NCBI RefSeq assembly: GCF_006345805.1
Contig: NC_043001.1
Coordinates: 45,818,001 to 45,882,000, forward strand
Direction of reading: 5' to 3'
From: Octopus sinensis
Lineage: Eukaryota
Length of the DNA stretch: 64,000 bases
Below the pieces are notes generated by a model. That model saw only the letters and a list, made by a program, of their open reading frames with translations, made no database searches and was not told the origin of the DNA. This document shows, piece after piece, positions 25,517-38,240 of the stretch. Position 1 is the first letter of the stretch. Each line of letters begins with the position of its first letter. The position numbers and the translations under genes were made by a program.

Positions 25517-26498
25517 AAAAAAAAAAGGGACAAAATCGGTCAGGAAGTGGAGGATTCATAAAAAAGTTCCCCCTACCCCAACCATTTGCAAGAGTGCAGG
25601 GGAAAAAATTGGAAAATCCCCGCCAAAAAGGAGAAAATCTAACTTGTGTGGGCGTGCTATTCTGAAAGTTGGCTACAGGATATTACTCGGCAATGACAGG
25701 ATACTCAGCTGTCTTTGTGTGTGTATTCTTCCTTTTCTTGAGATGGTAGTGTGTGAAGGGAAATTTACTGCTATTTCTGGCAGAGTGAGCGAGGATGATA
25801 TCTAGTTTTTAGTTGGAATAATTTTTTAAAGGAAGGTTGTTTAAGTCTCGTTAATAACGTATGTTTGTATGTGTGTGTATTTCAAAGTCCCCCCAGTGTG
25901 ACGTATAATCGACAAAAATAACACAATGCTTTCAGTTTTGGAAAAGTCTTTTTTTCCTGTGTGCGAGTTGTGGGAATTTCCAACTGATCGTCCGTGTTGT
26001 AATAACTAAACAAACAAAGCATTGATTAACGAAAGTTAGTGTGATTTGTGTTGTTCAGAAGCTGTGCTAAAGTACTTTTTCTTGTGAGCTGCTGAAAAGT
26101 AAGTTACGTATAACAAACTTAAATGGGATCTTGTTAACTTTCAACCAACTCAAATTCTCATCCACAGTGTAGCTAAAGCGAATAACTCGATTGGTTCAAG
26201 TTACATAACTTTAAATGCTTGTAATTTCTTTTTTTCAGTAATTTCTAGAAAAATGAACACGAAAATTCGGAGCGAATTACCGTAATCTGTCGATAAATTA
26301 CGGTTTTTAACATGTGGCTATAGAGACGTTATGGGGGAATTGAACTGCTGACTATGAGGCTTCACTGAAGTATCCGATGATGCTTAGGAGGGTGCCTAGT
26401 TATTCTAGAGCTTCGACTACGCCATCATCCTCGTAATGATTCACTGTTTTGAGGAGTTTTAGATTTCTTTTTTTTTTTAATTTAGAAAATAACACCAC

Positions 26499-26793
26499 AT
26501 CCTTTCGGGGTCGATTAAATAAGTACCAGTTACGCACTGAGGTCGAAATAGTCGACTTAATCCGTTTGTCTGTCCTTGTTTGTCCCCCCTGTGTGTAGCC
26601 CCTTGAGGGCAGTAAAGAAATAAGTATTTCGTTTGTCTTTACATTCTGAGTTCAAATTCCGCCGAGGTCGACTTTGCCTTTCAAACTTTTGGGATCGATA
26701 AATTAAGTACCAGTTACGTACCGAGGTCGATCTAATCGATTGGCCCCCCTCCTAAAAAATTTCGGGCCTTGTGCATAGAGTAGAAAAGAATAT
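26499..26793 (+). mobile_element. Two adjacent family A SINE segments, CpG-retaining
   Basis: gttcaaattccgccgaggtcgactttgcc; two alternative 3' bodies. Confidence 0.85.
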
Positions 26794-27854
26794 TTTCAAA
26801 GTAAGAAAAGAAAAGAGCTTTCACTTTTTGCTTGGAAGTTGGAATTCTCAACCAATGAAAACAAATGACTCAAGAGACTCCTGTATACACTTAGTTGTAA
26901 AATTAGAGGGTGGACTTTAAAAATCTGAAGGATAAAATGAAGAGATCTCGGATGCCTTTACAGGAATTGATTTGATTTAACATCTACATTGGTACAGAAC
27001 TTATGTGTTTATCTAAACTAAATAAGTGGGAGATAACATGTATAAAAAGATGTTCTTAAGGGTTAAAGAACTAGAGTATTGAATAAGAATATGTTTACTT
27101 ATTAGTAATTGTAAAACTTCCATTTCCACCGGCTTTTTCTTTAGTCTTCAAGAGAAAGCTTTCACCTTCATTTACTTCGCAGCCAACTCCACACTGCACA
27201 CATTTTGTTTTAGGCAAATCTCTTACAGTTTTATCCCTGCACCCTTCCAGGTATACAACCTTGCATACAATCATAGCTAAGTGCAAGAGTACCTTCACTG
27301 GCTTCAAACCAACAAAGCCACCAGTCATGAAAGTGTCTTTCAAATGCCTTCAAGCATTGCATCCAAGAGTTAGCCCTTATATTCTCCAAAATTTGCAAGG
27401 TATACCTACACAAGTGTGGCCCCTGTGACTGTGTTTCTCATAACTTCCAGAAAAATGGATATTTTTTTAATGAAAGTTTCTATAAATGCGTTTCAGATGA
27501 TATAGATTCCGATTACATTTGTGAATTTTTGAAAAACATTTTTCCATGGGTGGGGAGAAGAATTTAGGTAAATTCACACAAGTCAGCTTTGTTTCCTCAT
27601 AACATACAGAAAAATGAAGATCTTTTAATGAAATTTTCTACAAATACCTATCAGATAATGTAGATTACCATTATATAAGACATATGAAGTGTTTAGGTGG
27701 TGCCCTCAGAGAAAATTAATGTTGAAGACTGAATTCCCTAATTACCGACTAGTCAACAAAAATCGCTCATAAACTGACTCAAAAACAAAAGTATTTGCAT
27801 AAATGCTTTCTACTTACAGCCTATTCTTGGTGACCCATTTGCTGTTATAATCAT

Positions 27855-29105
27855 TATCATTTAGCATCTGTTTTCAATGCTGGCATGGGTTGGACAGTTT
27901 GACTGAAAACTGGTAAGCTGCACCAGGTTCCAGTTTGATTAGGCATGGTTTTAACAGCTGGATGCCCTTCCTAATGTCAACCACTCCAAAAATGTAGTAA
28001 GTGCTTTTTATGTGCCAGTTATATAACACTGGTATTGGCCATGACTACAATCTCACTTGTCTTGACAAGTCTTCTCAAGCACATTTGAATGGTGCTTTTT
28101 ATGTACCAGTTATGTGGAGAAAATCCCTGGAGAAGGACATCATGCTCAGAATGGTCAGTGGCAAGGGGAGGCTGACCAAGAACCCACTGGCTTGACACCA
28201 TCAAGAGTGACACAGGAATGGCCATAGCCAATCTGAAAGAAGTGACCCAGGATGAAACTGGCTGGAGAACACTGATCCATCGAGTAACCGAGAGTCGACT
28301 TTGACTGAACGGATAGATGCAACGCTGGCATCAGCCATGACTATGATTTCACTTGGCTTGACGATTCTTCTCAAGCATGGCATATCACCAAAGATTTCCA
28401 TCACTTGTCATTGCCTCTGTGAGGCCCAACGTTCGACAGTCATGCTTCACCACCTCATCCCATGTCTTTCTAGGTTTACCTCTTTCACAGGTTCCCTCTA
28501 CTGCTAGAGTATGATGCTTCTTCACACAGCTGTCCTCATCCATATACAACACATTACCATACCAGTGTAGTTGTCTCTCTTGCACATCACATCTGATGCC
28601 TCTTATGTCCAACTTTTTTCTCAAGACGCTTACACTCTGTATGTATGCACACTGACATTACACATCCAGTGAAGCAGACTAGCTTCATTTCTTTCAAGCC
28701 TACACATGCTCTTGTTGGTCACAGCCCATGTTTCACTGCCATGTAGCATGGCTGTTCGTACACAGGCATTATACAATCTGCCTTTCACTCTGAGAGAGAA
28801 GCCTTTTGTTACCAACAGAGGTAGGAGCTCTCTGAACTTTACCCAGCCTATTCTTATTCTAGCAGCTATGCTCTCAGAACATTCATCCCAGCTACTGACT
28901 TGGTCACCTACATAATGGAAGTTCTCAACTACTTCTAGTTTTTCCCCTTGGCATTTGATGGAGTCTATTTTCTGTACATTTTTAGTGTTAATTGTACCTG
29001 TGCACCTTCCACACACAAAAATTATTTTCCCTGTTAACCTTCCTTTGATATTGCTGCATTTCTTATGTGTCCATAGCTTACACTGGGTACATCTTATGGA
29101 GTTTC
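27855..29105 (-). mobile_element. RTE 3' portion (PHD region to tail), decayed
   Basis: Minus ORFs 28630-29016 and 28385-28624 match the C-terminus of the 15389 ORF; tail at 27855. Confidence 0.9.
28111..28319 (+). mobile_element. Nested 3' fragment of a BovB-like RTE
   Basis: RKSLEKDIML.MVSGK..PRTHWLDTIK...WRTLIHRVTESRL*LNG*. Confidence 0.65.
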
Positions 29106-29453
29106 ATATCATCTTTATTGTACCTTATCTTTTATTTACAATCCTTCATTCACTTGTTTATGACAGTCGACCATCTTGTCCCTTTGTTGGACCTTTAAAA
29201 TCCTTTAAGTTGATAAGAGATTCTGTCTCTTTTTCCCTTTTCCCTTTCCCTTTTTTTTTTCTCCCTTTGTATTTCTCTTCCTGTCCTTCCTCTATTTCAA
29301 TCCCTTAAACAAGTCCATTAGTTTATTATTACCATGTATGTTTACCCTGAAATAGCATTCTCTATTCACTCTCTCAGCTGATACCAAAATGGGAGGGTCA
29401 ATATGCATTATGTATTTATGTGAAAAATCCTAAATGTTAAATTTTACTCTTAA

Positions 29454-29536
29454 TTCACCTGAAGAAAACAATGTTTTTACACTATATAATTTTTTTGTTC
29501 ATTAGTAAAAAGCACGTCTGAAATAGCTGTAGTGAA
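29454..29536 (+). ncRNA. Degenerate type-I hammerhead ribozyme motif (Penelope-type)
   Basis: ttcac-CTGAAGA-aaac...gtct-GAAA-tagctg-TA-gtgaa: perfect 5-bp stem I, near-palindromic stem III, GUA triplet. Confidence 0.55.
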
Positions 29537-29809
29537 CCTCAACCCATTTGTGTTATTGTTTATACTTCACCACACTCAGAACCTTCCTTGGATAGATCAT
29601 GAGTCTATAGTTGACTGTGGAATATGTGCTGGAGTGTACTCTTGTGTGACTTTGTGTATTTGTGAATGGAGGGACAAATTCATATTAACTTTAGTAAGCA
29701 TGTGTGTATCTGTACACATTGTTAATGCATAGGTGTGCTATCCCTGACACTACTTTTGTTATTTAAATACTTTGATTCTATTGGATCCTGAAAATTTATA
29801 TATATATAT

Positions 29810-29989
29810 TCTTTACTCTTTTACTTGTTTCAGTCATTTGATTGCGGCCATGCTGGACTTAATCTTTGGAAGCCTAGTACTTATTCTATCAGTCTCTTTT
29901 GCTGAACTGCTAAGTTACGGGGGACGTAAACACACCACCATTGGTTGTCAACTGATTTTGGGGGGACAAACACAGACACACAAACTTAT

Positions 29990-30072
<83 letters not shown>

Positions 30073-30232
30073 GACAATGGGCTTCTTTCAGTTTCCGTTT
30101 ACCAAATCCACTCACAAGGCTTTGGTCGGCCCAAGGCTATAGTAGAAGACACTTGCCCAAAGTGCCATGCAGTGGGAACGAACCCAGAACCATGTGGTTG
30201 GTAAGCAAGCTACTTACCACACAGCCACTCCT
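29810..30232 (-). mobile_element. CORE-type SINE, family B, with internal (TA)n
   Basis: tRNA-like head, ctttgggcaagtgtc core, microsatellite, body and gaaacaagtaaaaga tail; compare 32527-32850. Confidence 0.85.
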
Positions 30233-30251
30233 GCACCTATACATATACATA

Positions 30252-30292
<41 letters not shown>

Positions 30293-30294
30293 CA

Positions 30295-30640
30295 TCACCA
30301 CTGTTGTTTAACGTCTGCTTTCCATGCTAGCATGGGTTGACTGAGAACTGGCAAGCTGGGAGGCTGCACTAGGCTCCAATCTGACTTGGCAAGGCTTCTA
30401 CAGTTGGATGCCCTTCCTAACACCAGCCACTCAGAGTGTAGAGGGTGCTTTTTATGTGCCACCGGCACAGGAGCCAGTCAAGTGGCACTGGCAATCGGCC
30501 ACATTTGAATGGTGCTTTTTACGTGTCACCAGCATGGACGCCAGTCAGGTAGCACTGGCATCAGCCACGACTACAATTTCACTCGGTTTAACAGGTCTTC
30601 ACAAGTATGGCATATCTCCAAAGGTCTCAATGTTTGATGG
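30295..30640 (-). mobile_element. RTE 3' UTR and tail
   Basis: gtttaacgtc..ccatgctagc..ggatgcccttcc. Confidence 0.8.
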
Positions 30641-30934
30641 TTGTGCTCCACCACCTCATATATATATATATTTATTTGCTGCCCCTCTTAGTCTTGCAAG
30701 CTACACAGCAACTTCAATAGTGTTGGCTGCATGAACAAAGCACCCTGTATGCACTGCAAAGTCATTGGCATTAGGAAGGGCATTGAGTTGCAGAAACCAT
30801 GCAAATACTGGAGTATGATGCAATCATTGGACCATCTTGGATTCTGTGAAACCATCTAATTGAAGCAAGTATAGAACATAGACATTCAATGACAATGATG
30901 TTTTATCTATCTACCTATCTATCTGTCTCTCTCT

Positions 30935-31250
30935 CATCATCATCGTTTAACGTCCGCTTTCCATGCTAGCATGGGTTGGACGATTTGACTGAGGTCTGGC
31001 AAACCAGATGGCTGCACCAGACTCCAATCTGATCTGGCAGGGTTTCTACAGCTGGATGCCCTTCCTAATGCCAACCTCACCAAGAGTGTAGTGGGTGCTA
31101 TTACGTACCACTGGCACAGAGGGCCAGTCAGGTGGTACAAGCAATGACCACGATCAAATGGTGTTTTTTATGGCAACGACCTCGCTTGAATGTTTTTTCA
31201 CGTGCCACCAGTGCCAGTAAGGTGACGCAGGTAACAATCACAATCTCTCT
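30935..31250 (-). mobile_element. RTE 3' UTR and tail
   Basis: (CAT)n-cgtttaacgtccg..ggatgcccttcc. Confidence 0.85.
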
Positions 31251-31378
31251 ATATATATATCTTCTATCTTTTACTTGTTTCAGCCATTATGACTGTGGCC
31301 ATGCTGTGGTACCGCCTTGAAAGTTTTAGATGAACAAATCAACCCCAGGGCTTATTTTTTAAAGCCTAGTACTTATTC

Positions 31379-31591
31379 CATTCTACTCTAGGCACAAGGC
31401 CTGATATTTTTGGGGGAGGGGGCCAGTCGATTAGATTGACCCCAGTATGCAACTGGTACTTAATTTATCAACCCCGAAAGGATGAAAAGCAAAGTCGATC
31501 TCAGCGGAATTTGAACTCAGAACGTAAAGACAGACGAAATAACACTAAGCATTCGCCCGGCGTGCTAACGTTTCTGCCAGCTCGCCACCTT
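31379..31591 (-). mobile_element. Family A SINE inserted in a family B SINE, 17-bp TSD
   Basis: aagcctagtacttattc at 31362-31378 and 31592-31608. Confidence 0.9.
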
Positions 31592-31865
31592 AAGCCTAGT
31601 ACTTATTCTATCAGTCTCATTTATGTGTGTGTGTTTGTTTTTATGTCAATATAAAAAGAATTTAACATTAAACTGAAGGATTACTCAATACTTTGTCAGA
31701 GAGTACATATTTATTGATAGTTTCAAGTAAAAGGTTGACAGTGACTTTGAAATTTCAGCTTGCTTGCTATTATCAGACTGGTGATGGTGAGCACTCCATA
31801 CCTTTATCTGTGTATATATAATGTAAATATATATGTATGTGTGTGTGTGTGTATATATATATATG

Positions 31866-32145
31866 TATATTACTCAAAGAAATTCCAACTTTGTCTGATT
31901 TTCACGTTTTATTTACAATCTTATAATAATATAATATAATATAATGAAATGATAGAATATTAAATGTCCATTCTGATTAAACTAGTACTTTCATGAACCT
32001 GAAGATTGTATAGTTTAATGCATGAATGTACTAGTTTAATCAGAATGGACATTTAATATTCTATCATTTCATTATATTATATTATTATAAGATTGTAAAT
32101 AAAACGTGAAAATCAGACAAAGCTGCAATTTCTTTGAGTAATATA
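31866..32145. repeat. Fold-back with about 125-bp arms and a hammerhead-like junction (Penelope-like inverted pLTR)
   Basis: tatattactcaaagaaatt... / ...aatttctttgagtaatata; a single-arm homolog lies at 54395-54510. Confidence 0.85.
31996..32037 (+). ncRNA. Degenerate minimal hammerhead ribozyme
   Basis: aac-CTGAAGA-ttgta..tgcat-GAAT-gtac-TA-gttt; the inverted arm retains GAAA (tttc at 31989-31992); palindromic stem III agtact. Confidence 0.55.
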
Positions 32146-32189
32146 TTCTTCTATATACAATCATACACACCCATGTATGTTTATGTTTG

Positions 32190-32242
<53 letters not shown>

Positions 32243-32314
32243 TTATATGAAAAAATAAGGTATTCAGAGACCTTATTTTTTCTAATATATAATATCTATA
32301 CATCACCTCCAAAA

Positions 32315-32476
32315 GCACCCACTACACTCTCAGAGTGGTTGGCATTAGGAAGGGCATCCAGCTGTAGAAACTGCCAGATCAGATTGAAATCTGGTGCAGC
32401 CATCTGGTTTGCCAGATGTCAGTCAAATCGTTCAACCCATACTAGCATGGAAAGCGGACGTTAAACGATGATGATG
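32315..32476 (+). mobile_element. RTE 3' tail
   Basis: aaagcacccactacactctc...ggacgttaaacgatgatgat. Confidence 0.85.
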
Positions 32477-32526
32477 GTGATATATATATATATAGATATA
32501 TGTATATATATATATATGTATGTATG

Positions 32527-32850
32527 TAGTGGCTGTGTGGTAAGATGCTTGCTTCACAACATGGTTTTGGGTTCAGTCCCACTGCATGTGATACATTGGA
32601 CAAGCGTCTTTTACTATAGGCAAAGCCTTGTGAGTGAAAGAAGCTCTGCGCATATTTATGTGTGGATCCACCACCGCTTGACAACCGGTGTTGGTGTACT
32701 TATGTCCTTGTAACTTAACGGTTCGACAAGAGACCGATAAGTACCAGGCTTTAAAAAAAAAAATTATTAGGGTCAATAAGTTCGACCAAAATTCTTCAAG
32801 GCGATACCCCATCATGGCCGCAGTCTAATGACTGACGTAAGTAAAAGAAT
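32527..32850 (+). mobile_element. CORE-type SINE, family B
   Basis: tggctgtgtggtaag A-box, ggttcagtccc B-box, tail atggccgcagtc...gtaaaaga. Confidence 0.8.
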
Positions 32851-33684
32851 ATAAAGGGGGTGGGCTAGAATGAATAAGATTTACTGACTTTGAGAGAAAA
32901 AATTTTTCTCCAAATGTTTCCTACCTTACAAAAACTCTAAGCAAATGACCATTAAATGCGTGAAAACACTATAACATATTCATAACACTATTTCATAAAA
33001 TTAAATACCCCCGTTCTCTTTGAGCATATAAACGACAAGTTTAGCTGGGGCAAAATGAGTAAGGCATGATAAGGTAAATCTGCCTCTTCAATTCTTCAGA
33101 ATTACATTTGAAAAAAAGACTCATACACATCAATATCCATCTTTAAGCATCGTTAAGATCAGAAATGCAACAAAAATTTTAAATATCTATGTCAAATGAA
33201 AGAGATGAAATTCCACGAAATCTAAGAACTCAGCTTAAAATATTCTCTAGCTTCTTCGCGATCTACCGGAATGGACTCTTTTCTTGATATATTTTACGCA
33301 CCATGCATTCAAAGGGAAGAAATTATTAACATTAGTCATTACTCATTCTGCCCCAATTTAGACACATTTTTTGAAAATTAGTAAATAAAACATTGCAGTG
33401 GGAAAAGATTGACTTGGAATCCAAAAAAAAAAGAAAAGGATATTGATTGTTAAGCATCAAAACTTATCCAGATATTTTATTAGCAACTTCAATTGCAATC
33501 GGTTCAAAGTCGAGGAAAAAATTTCTTGAAAAAGTACCTGCCATTTGACTATGTTTCAAACTCTCAACTCTAACTATGCTGGCTGACTTTAAAACCCCAA
33601 TGATGATGCAATATAATGATTTCGAGCTTGTAGAAAGTGATGAAAAATCAGAAATTACTCATTCCCCACCACTTTCTCTCTCTC

Positions 33685-34100
33685 GGATCTTTTCGGTTTG
33701 AACGGCAGTTTTTTCTAGCGGTGTCATATATGAAATTGTCACCCATAATTATGACCCTAGTATCGATCTATTGCATTTCAATCTGTTTTAGGGTTAAGGG
33801 TGGGGGGAAGGGTATATTTTTTTTCTTCACAAATGTAAATAAACCCAATCTGTTTCTTAAACGAGGGACATATTCATACAGCACAGAATGTTTTTTTTTT
33901 TATCTCAATAGACGTCAGTGATTGGTTGAAATTGCAGAAATTGAAAAAAAAACAACAAATATTTTACAAACTATAGAATTTTCTCAATAAAGCCAAGAGA
34001 AAAAGATGTTTTATAAACACATTCTATCAGTATACGAAGTTTAAAATATTTTAGTTACCTAGAAATTATGTTAAAAACTGCCGTTCAAACCGAAAAGATC

Positions 34101-34101
<1 letters not shown>
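33685..34101 (-). mobile_element. MITE with GGATC TIRs and 8-bp TSD (Merlin-like)
   Basis: ggatcttttcggtttgaacggcagttttt / aaaactgccgttcaaaccgaaaagatcc; tctctctc on both flanks; internal ttagggttaaggg. Confidence 0.85.
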
Positions 34102-34172
<71 letters not shown>

Positions 34173-35689
34173 TTGGCATTTATTTTCATTAATTTGCTAG
34201 AGTATTCTACAATAGGTTGACAGTATTAGATAAATGGGGGGTTAGTTAGCTACATCTCTAGTCAGATCGATGATTTTCTTAGCGAAGTATATTAAATGAA
34301 AAAAACGTTCTATTTTCACAGCCCTAGTTTCGTAGCGAAAGTTTTCGTTCGTTAAAACAAGTGGGGGAGAGTAATAGAAATAAATATACTAAGAGGTGAC
34401 ACATACTCTCACTTTTGGAATTAACACTTATTCGAGGAAAATAAAGCCATTAAAATTCAGATGTGATTAATATTATGGAAAAAATGAAATAGAGTTCCGA
34501 TATTGAATGCATTTCCAAGAAAAAGATGATCAATGAAAGCGATAAATTCAGTTTCTCAAACGAAACGGAATTTACTAAGGTTATTTTCAAGACAATGAAG
34601 TTTTTTGGTGTGATGTTACGCCTAGAAATTTCATCGGGAAACCTGAACAGAAATCCCAATATCATATTTGAATTTTACCGGAAATTTTGTTATACATAAT
34701 TAATATGATTAAGAAAATTTATATAAATACCTTTTATTATTAACGTTATTAATTCTCCGAGAAATTCAAGATCATCTATTTTATCACAGGATGAAGGAGC
34801 TGCAATACTTTGCTTAGATTTCTACCAAAAATTCGAAAATTACAACTTAAAGTCTATGGAATTCGAAAAACATATCACGTGACTGATGCGGTTAGTTACC
34901 AAATAACAAATGATTGACTTATTAACTCTACACTGTACGATATTATCTCCAAGAATTAGCTAACCGCTCGTCTTTAAAATAGTTGTCTGCTCGATATTGA
35001 CAGTGGTGGATAGGTAGAATCCTTAGGATGGTGGGCAAATGCTATGCAGTGTCATCTCGAATTCGACTATGCTTTTCATTTCTTTGGGATTGATAAAAAA
35101 GGTAATGGTTGGAAATTGAAACATACTGCTTAAAAGTTTTTGCAAAACAAAAAGCTGCTGGGTAAAGTAAAAGCGCCGCGTTATTTCTGTTCAGTTCTAC
35201 GTGATGTAGGCATTCTTTCGGTTTGACTGTCTAAAATGAAAAATATTTATTTCTTCTCGTGCGCAGACAGACGTTTGTGTGTGTGTTAATATATGTAAGT
35301 GTTCCTATAAAATAGTGTCGGAAATTATCTAGTGCATCCAAAGCTGTGGTTTCATTGGTTTTATGCATCGTAAGTTTCTGAATAAAAAGTTCTCCCACCC
35401 CACCACCTACAAAAATTAACGATAGTTTTAATATTTACTTATAAATGGATTTCTGATATCCACCAAACGATTTTATTTTACTGATTCCATTCCTTGTATT
35501 GCAGTCATGCTAGGGTAGTGTCCAAGAGGGTTTTTTTCTTTTGCTTATATTGATCCTAGTATGCATTCTATCAATCTTTGTCCATTGATCTGCAATTTTC
35601 GGATACACCACGATAAATACACTCTCAGATATATGTGTGTATAGTTCACAGTTTCTACGTATCATATTCTACTCCTAATGCATTAGTTA

Positions 35690-36405
35690 AGTGAAAGTAA
35701 CAGAAGATATTATTTGAGGTATTACACGGTGAGATTGAATGATGAACTAAAAGATCCTGCAGTTGGGAATTGGTTTAGAGAAATTTTGACACATTTGATG
35801 ACTGTTAGGAGAAAGATGTAGACATCTGTAGCATAGATGACAACTGGGAATTTCAATGCAATAACTTGCTTGAGGTAATGTGTTGATGAAATGATACAGT
35901 TGATAGGGCAATAAAGGCTAAAGACAAATTTGAAAAACTGGAAGGTAAGAAAGATGGTGGGGACCATTATCAAATGGCTAAGCAGCTAGGCAACTGATAT
36001 CCTAGGCTAAGGGTGAGATAGAAAGGAAAAGATTTGTGCATGTCATGCAACATAAAAATCAGAAGCACGAAATGCTCAGAACTGCGAGGTAGTGGGTGAA
36101 AAGGAACAGGGACGTCATTGATAAGAAACGTATCTGGAATGCCAACAATATGTAGAACGAAAAACTAGCATGGAAGTGGTAAAGAGGGTATACATTATGC
36201 TGACGCCACAGAGGGACTGGCAATTCAAGTTGAAAGCAGCAAGGTAGATAAAGTGAAAGACAACAAAAGAGACAGTTGCAGAAGTGTTCAAAATATGTGG
36301 TGAGTTGAAAATATTATCACCTGGATAATCAATCAAGTTATGCAGGAATGTGTCATACCCAATGACTGGCATAGTGACATTATCACAAAGGCAAAGGAGA
36401 TGCGC
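35690..36405 (+). mobile_element. Decayed RTE linker/RT-start fragment
   Basis: Homologous to 21900-22700 (gtcatacccaatgactggcatag). Confidence 0.7.
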
Positions 36406-36582
36406 ATAACTTCCCTAATCATAGCCCTTAATTGGAGCCATCCTTGATCCTAAAGAGTAGCTACTACCTCCATACAATATTCCTCCTATGAATGTTTGTC
36501 TAGCTTCCTAAGTGCCATCGTCTCTTTATATACCATTGTTTAAAATACAGTTGCTAATTAACTAACAGTATATGACATGTCT

Positions 36583-36800
36583 AAGGTGGCGAGCTGGCAG
36601 AATTGTCAGCACGCTCGGCAAAATGTTTAGTGGCATTTCATCCGTCTTTACGTTCTGAATTCAAATTCCGCCGAGGTCAACGTCGCTTTTCATCCTTTTG
36701 GGGTCGATAAAACAAGTATCTGTTGAACACTGAAGTCAATGTAATCAACTTAGCCCCTCCACTTAAATTGCTGGCCTTCTGCCAAAAATTGAAACCAATA
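36583..36800 (+). mobile_element. Family A SINE
   Basis: ggtggcgagctggcagaa head, ttcaaattcc B-box, ttttcatcc core. Confidence 0.85.
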
Positions 36801-37345
36801 TATGGCATGTCTGATGATTACACAACTTACATGATTTAATCACTTGTATGTGAAGTTACAGAAGTTTTTGTTTCTTGAGCATTTTCCTGACTTTTCGTTA
36901 CTTATCAAATGATTAATTGCTGCTTAATAAATGTTTAATATATATAACTGCACCCATTTAGACACTATTTATTATTATTTATATATATTTTTATTTGATA
37001 GTTAAACATGCTGAACGATAAATGGAACTTTATTAAGCATCGACCAACGTCCAAGTAGTGGTTTAGTGATCACATGACAAACACGTAAAGATAGCCAGTC
37101 TGCTCTTAAGATACAGTTTGTTAAAGAGGAAATCTTATATATTTCAGATTTATTTTACAAAAATACAATTATTCTCTTTCAATTATTGACTACATAAACC
37201 GCCAATCGTATTTAAAAAAAGTATAAACTTTATTCTGTTACGAGATAATATACAATATATTAATATAAAAAGATTCATGTTTTCTACAAGTTGGCTATCT
37301 TTCGTTTGTTTATATAAACAAAACTTAGAAACTACCTATAAATCT

Positions 37346-37569
37346 ATTTCTTTACTACCCACAAGGGGTTAAACACAGAGGGGACAAACAAGGACAGACA
37401 AACGGATTAAGTCGATTACATCGATCCCAGTGCGTAACTGGTGCTTAATTTATCGACCCCGAAAGGATGAAAGGCAAAGTCGACCTCGGCGGAATTTGAA
37501 CTCAGAATGTAACGGCAGACGAAATACAGCTACGCATTTCGCCCGGCGGGCTAACAGTTCTGCCAGCTC
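37346..37569 (-). mobile_element. Family A SINE, young or CpG-retaining
   Basis: gtcgacctcggcggaatttgaactcag; nearly all CpGs kept. Confidence 0.9.
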
Positions 37570-37779
37570 AAATCTATAAAAATCGAGACTAAGCAGTGGT
37601 TTTCGTAGTGTTACAAAATTAAGCTTTTATGCGTATATATTTCGCTCTAGCTCTTTTATAATGTAAACCCCAAGTTCCTGATTTAGATCTAATTTTAATA
37701 ATGTAGCTCAGACACCTCCCATCCATACGAAATACGTAAATTATAAAATGCTTTCAGTATTGTTTTCAGTTTGTCAATT

Positions 37780-38240
37780 GCGCTCATTGGTTAAGTCCAC
37801 CTCCGGGACAACACGGAAAGGACCACAGAAAAACGACATACTACATACGCCCAATTTGCAATTGAATCATTTTACACAGCTGCCTGCCGAGAAAAGTTAA
37901 AGTGAGTCAATTACCATTTTATAGTATACAGGCGTACCTCAACATATTTCTGAAAGACAAGCGACTTAACCAAAAAGAAAAAAATGTAACTTGAAAAAAC
38001 ATTTAAAAAATTATATTCACTTAGTTTTTCATATGTTCACACATCTTGTATTTACCTTTCCGCTTCAGTATGAGTTTTAGGTATTTCTATTTTTATTTTT
38101 ATGCTTTTAAATATGTTTGCTGAGACCGACGTAAAGTCAAATAAATCGACTGAAGTTGAAGTGTAATTTTTCCGTTGACTTCTTTAAAAAATGATGTCGA
38201 AAAAGATGTAACTCGAAATTACGTAAATTGAGGTATGCGT
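37780..38240. promoter_or_regulatory. Candidate (bidirectional) promoter and 5' UTR exons of the zinc-finger gene
   Basis: CpG-retaining unique DNA; ATTGG 37786, CCAAT 37851; plus donors at 37902 (gtgagt) and 38233 (gtatgc); minus donor at 38055 (gtaaat). Confidence 0.4.

Noticed and set aside
27095-27413. Minus-strand ORFs with Cys residues
   Set aside because: No recognisable domain, the frame is not sustained and splice sites are inconsistent.
32855-33360. pogo-like MITE from ggggca(a/g)aatgagta repeats
   Set aside because: Termini and TSD could not be defined.
34450-34700. Hydrophobic ORFs suggestive of a receptor exon
   Set aside because: AT-rich composition explains them; no credible splice acceptor or motif.
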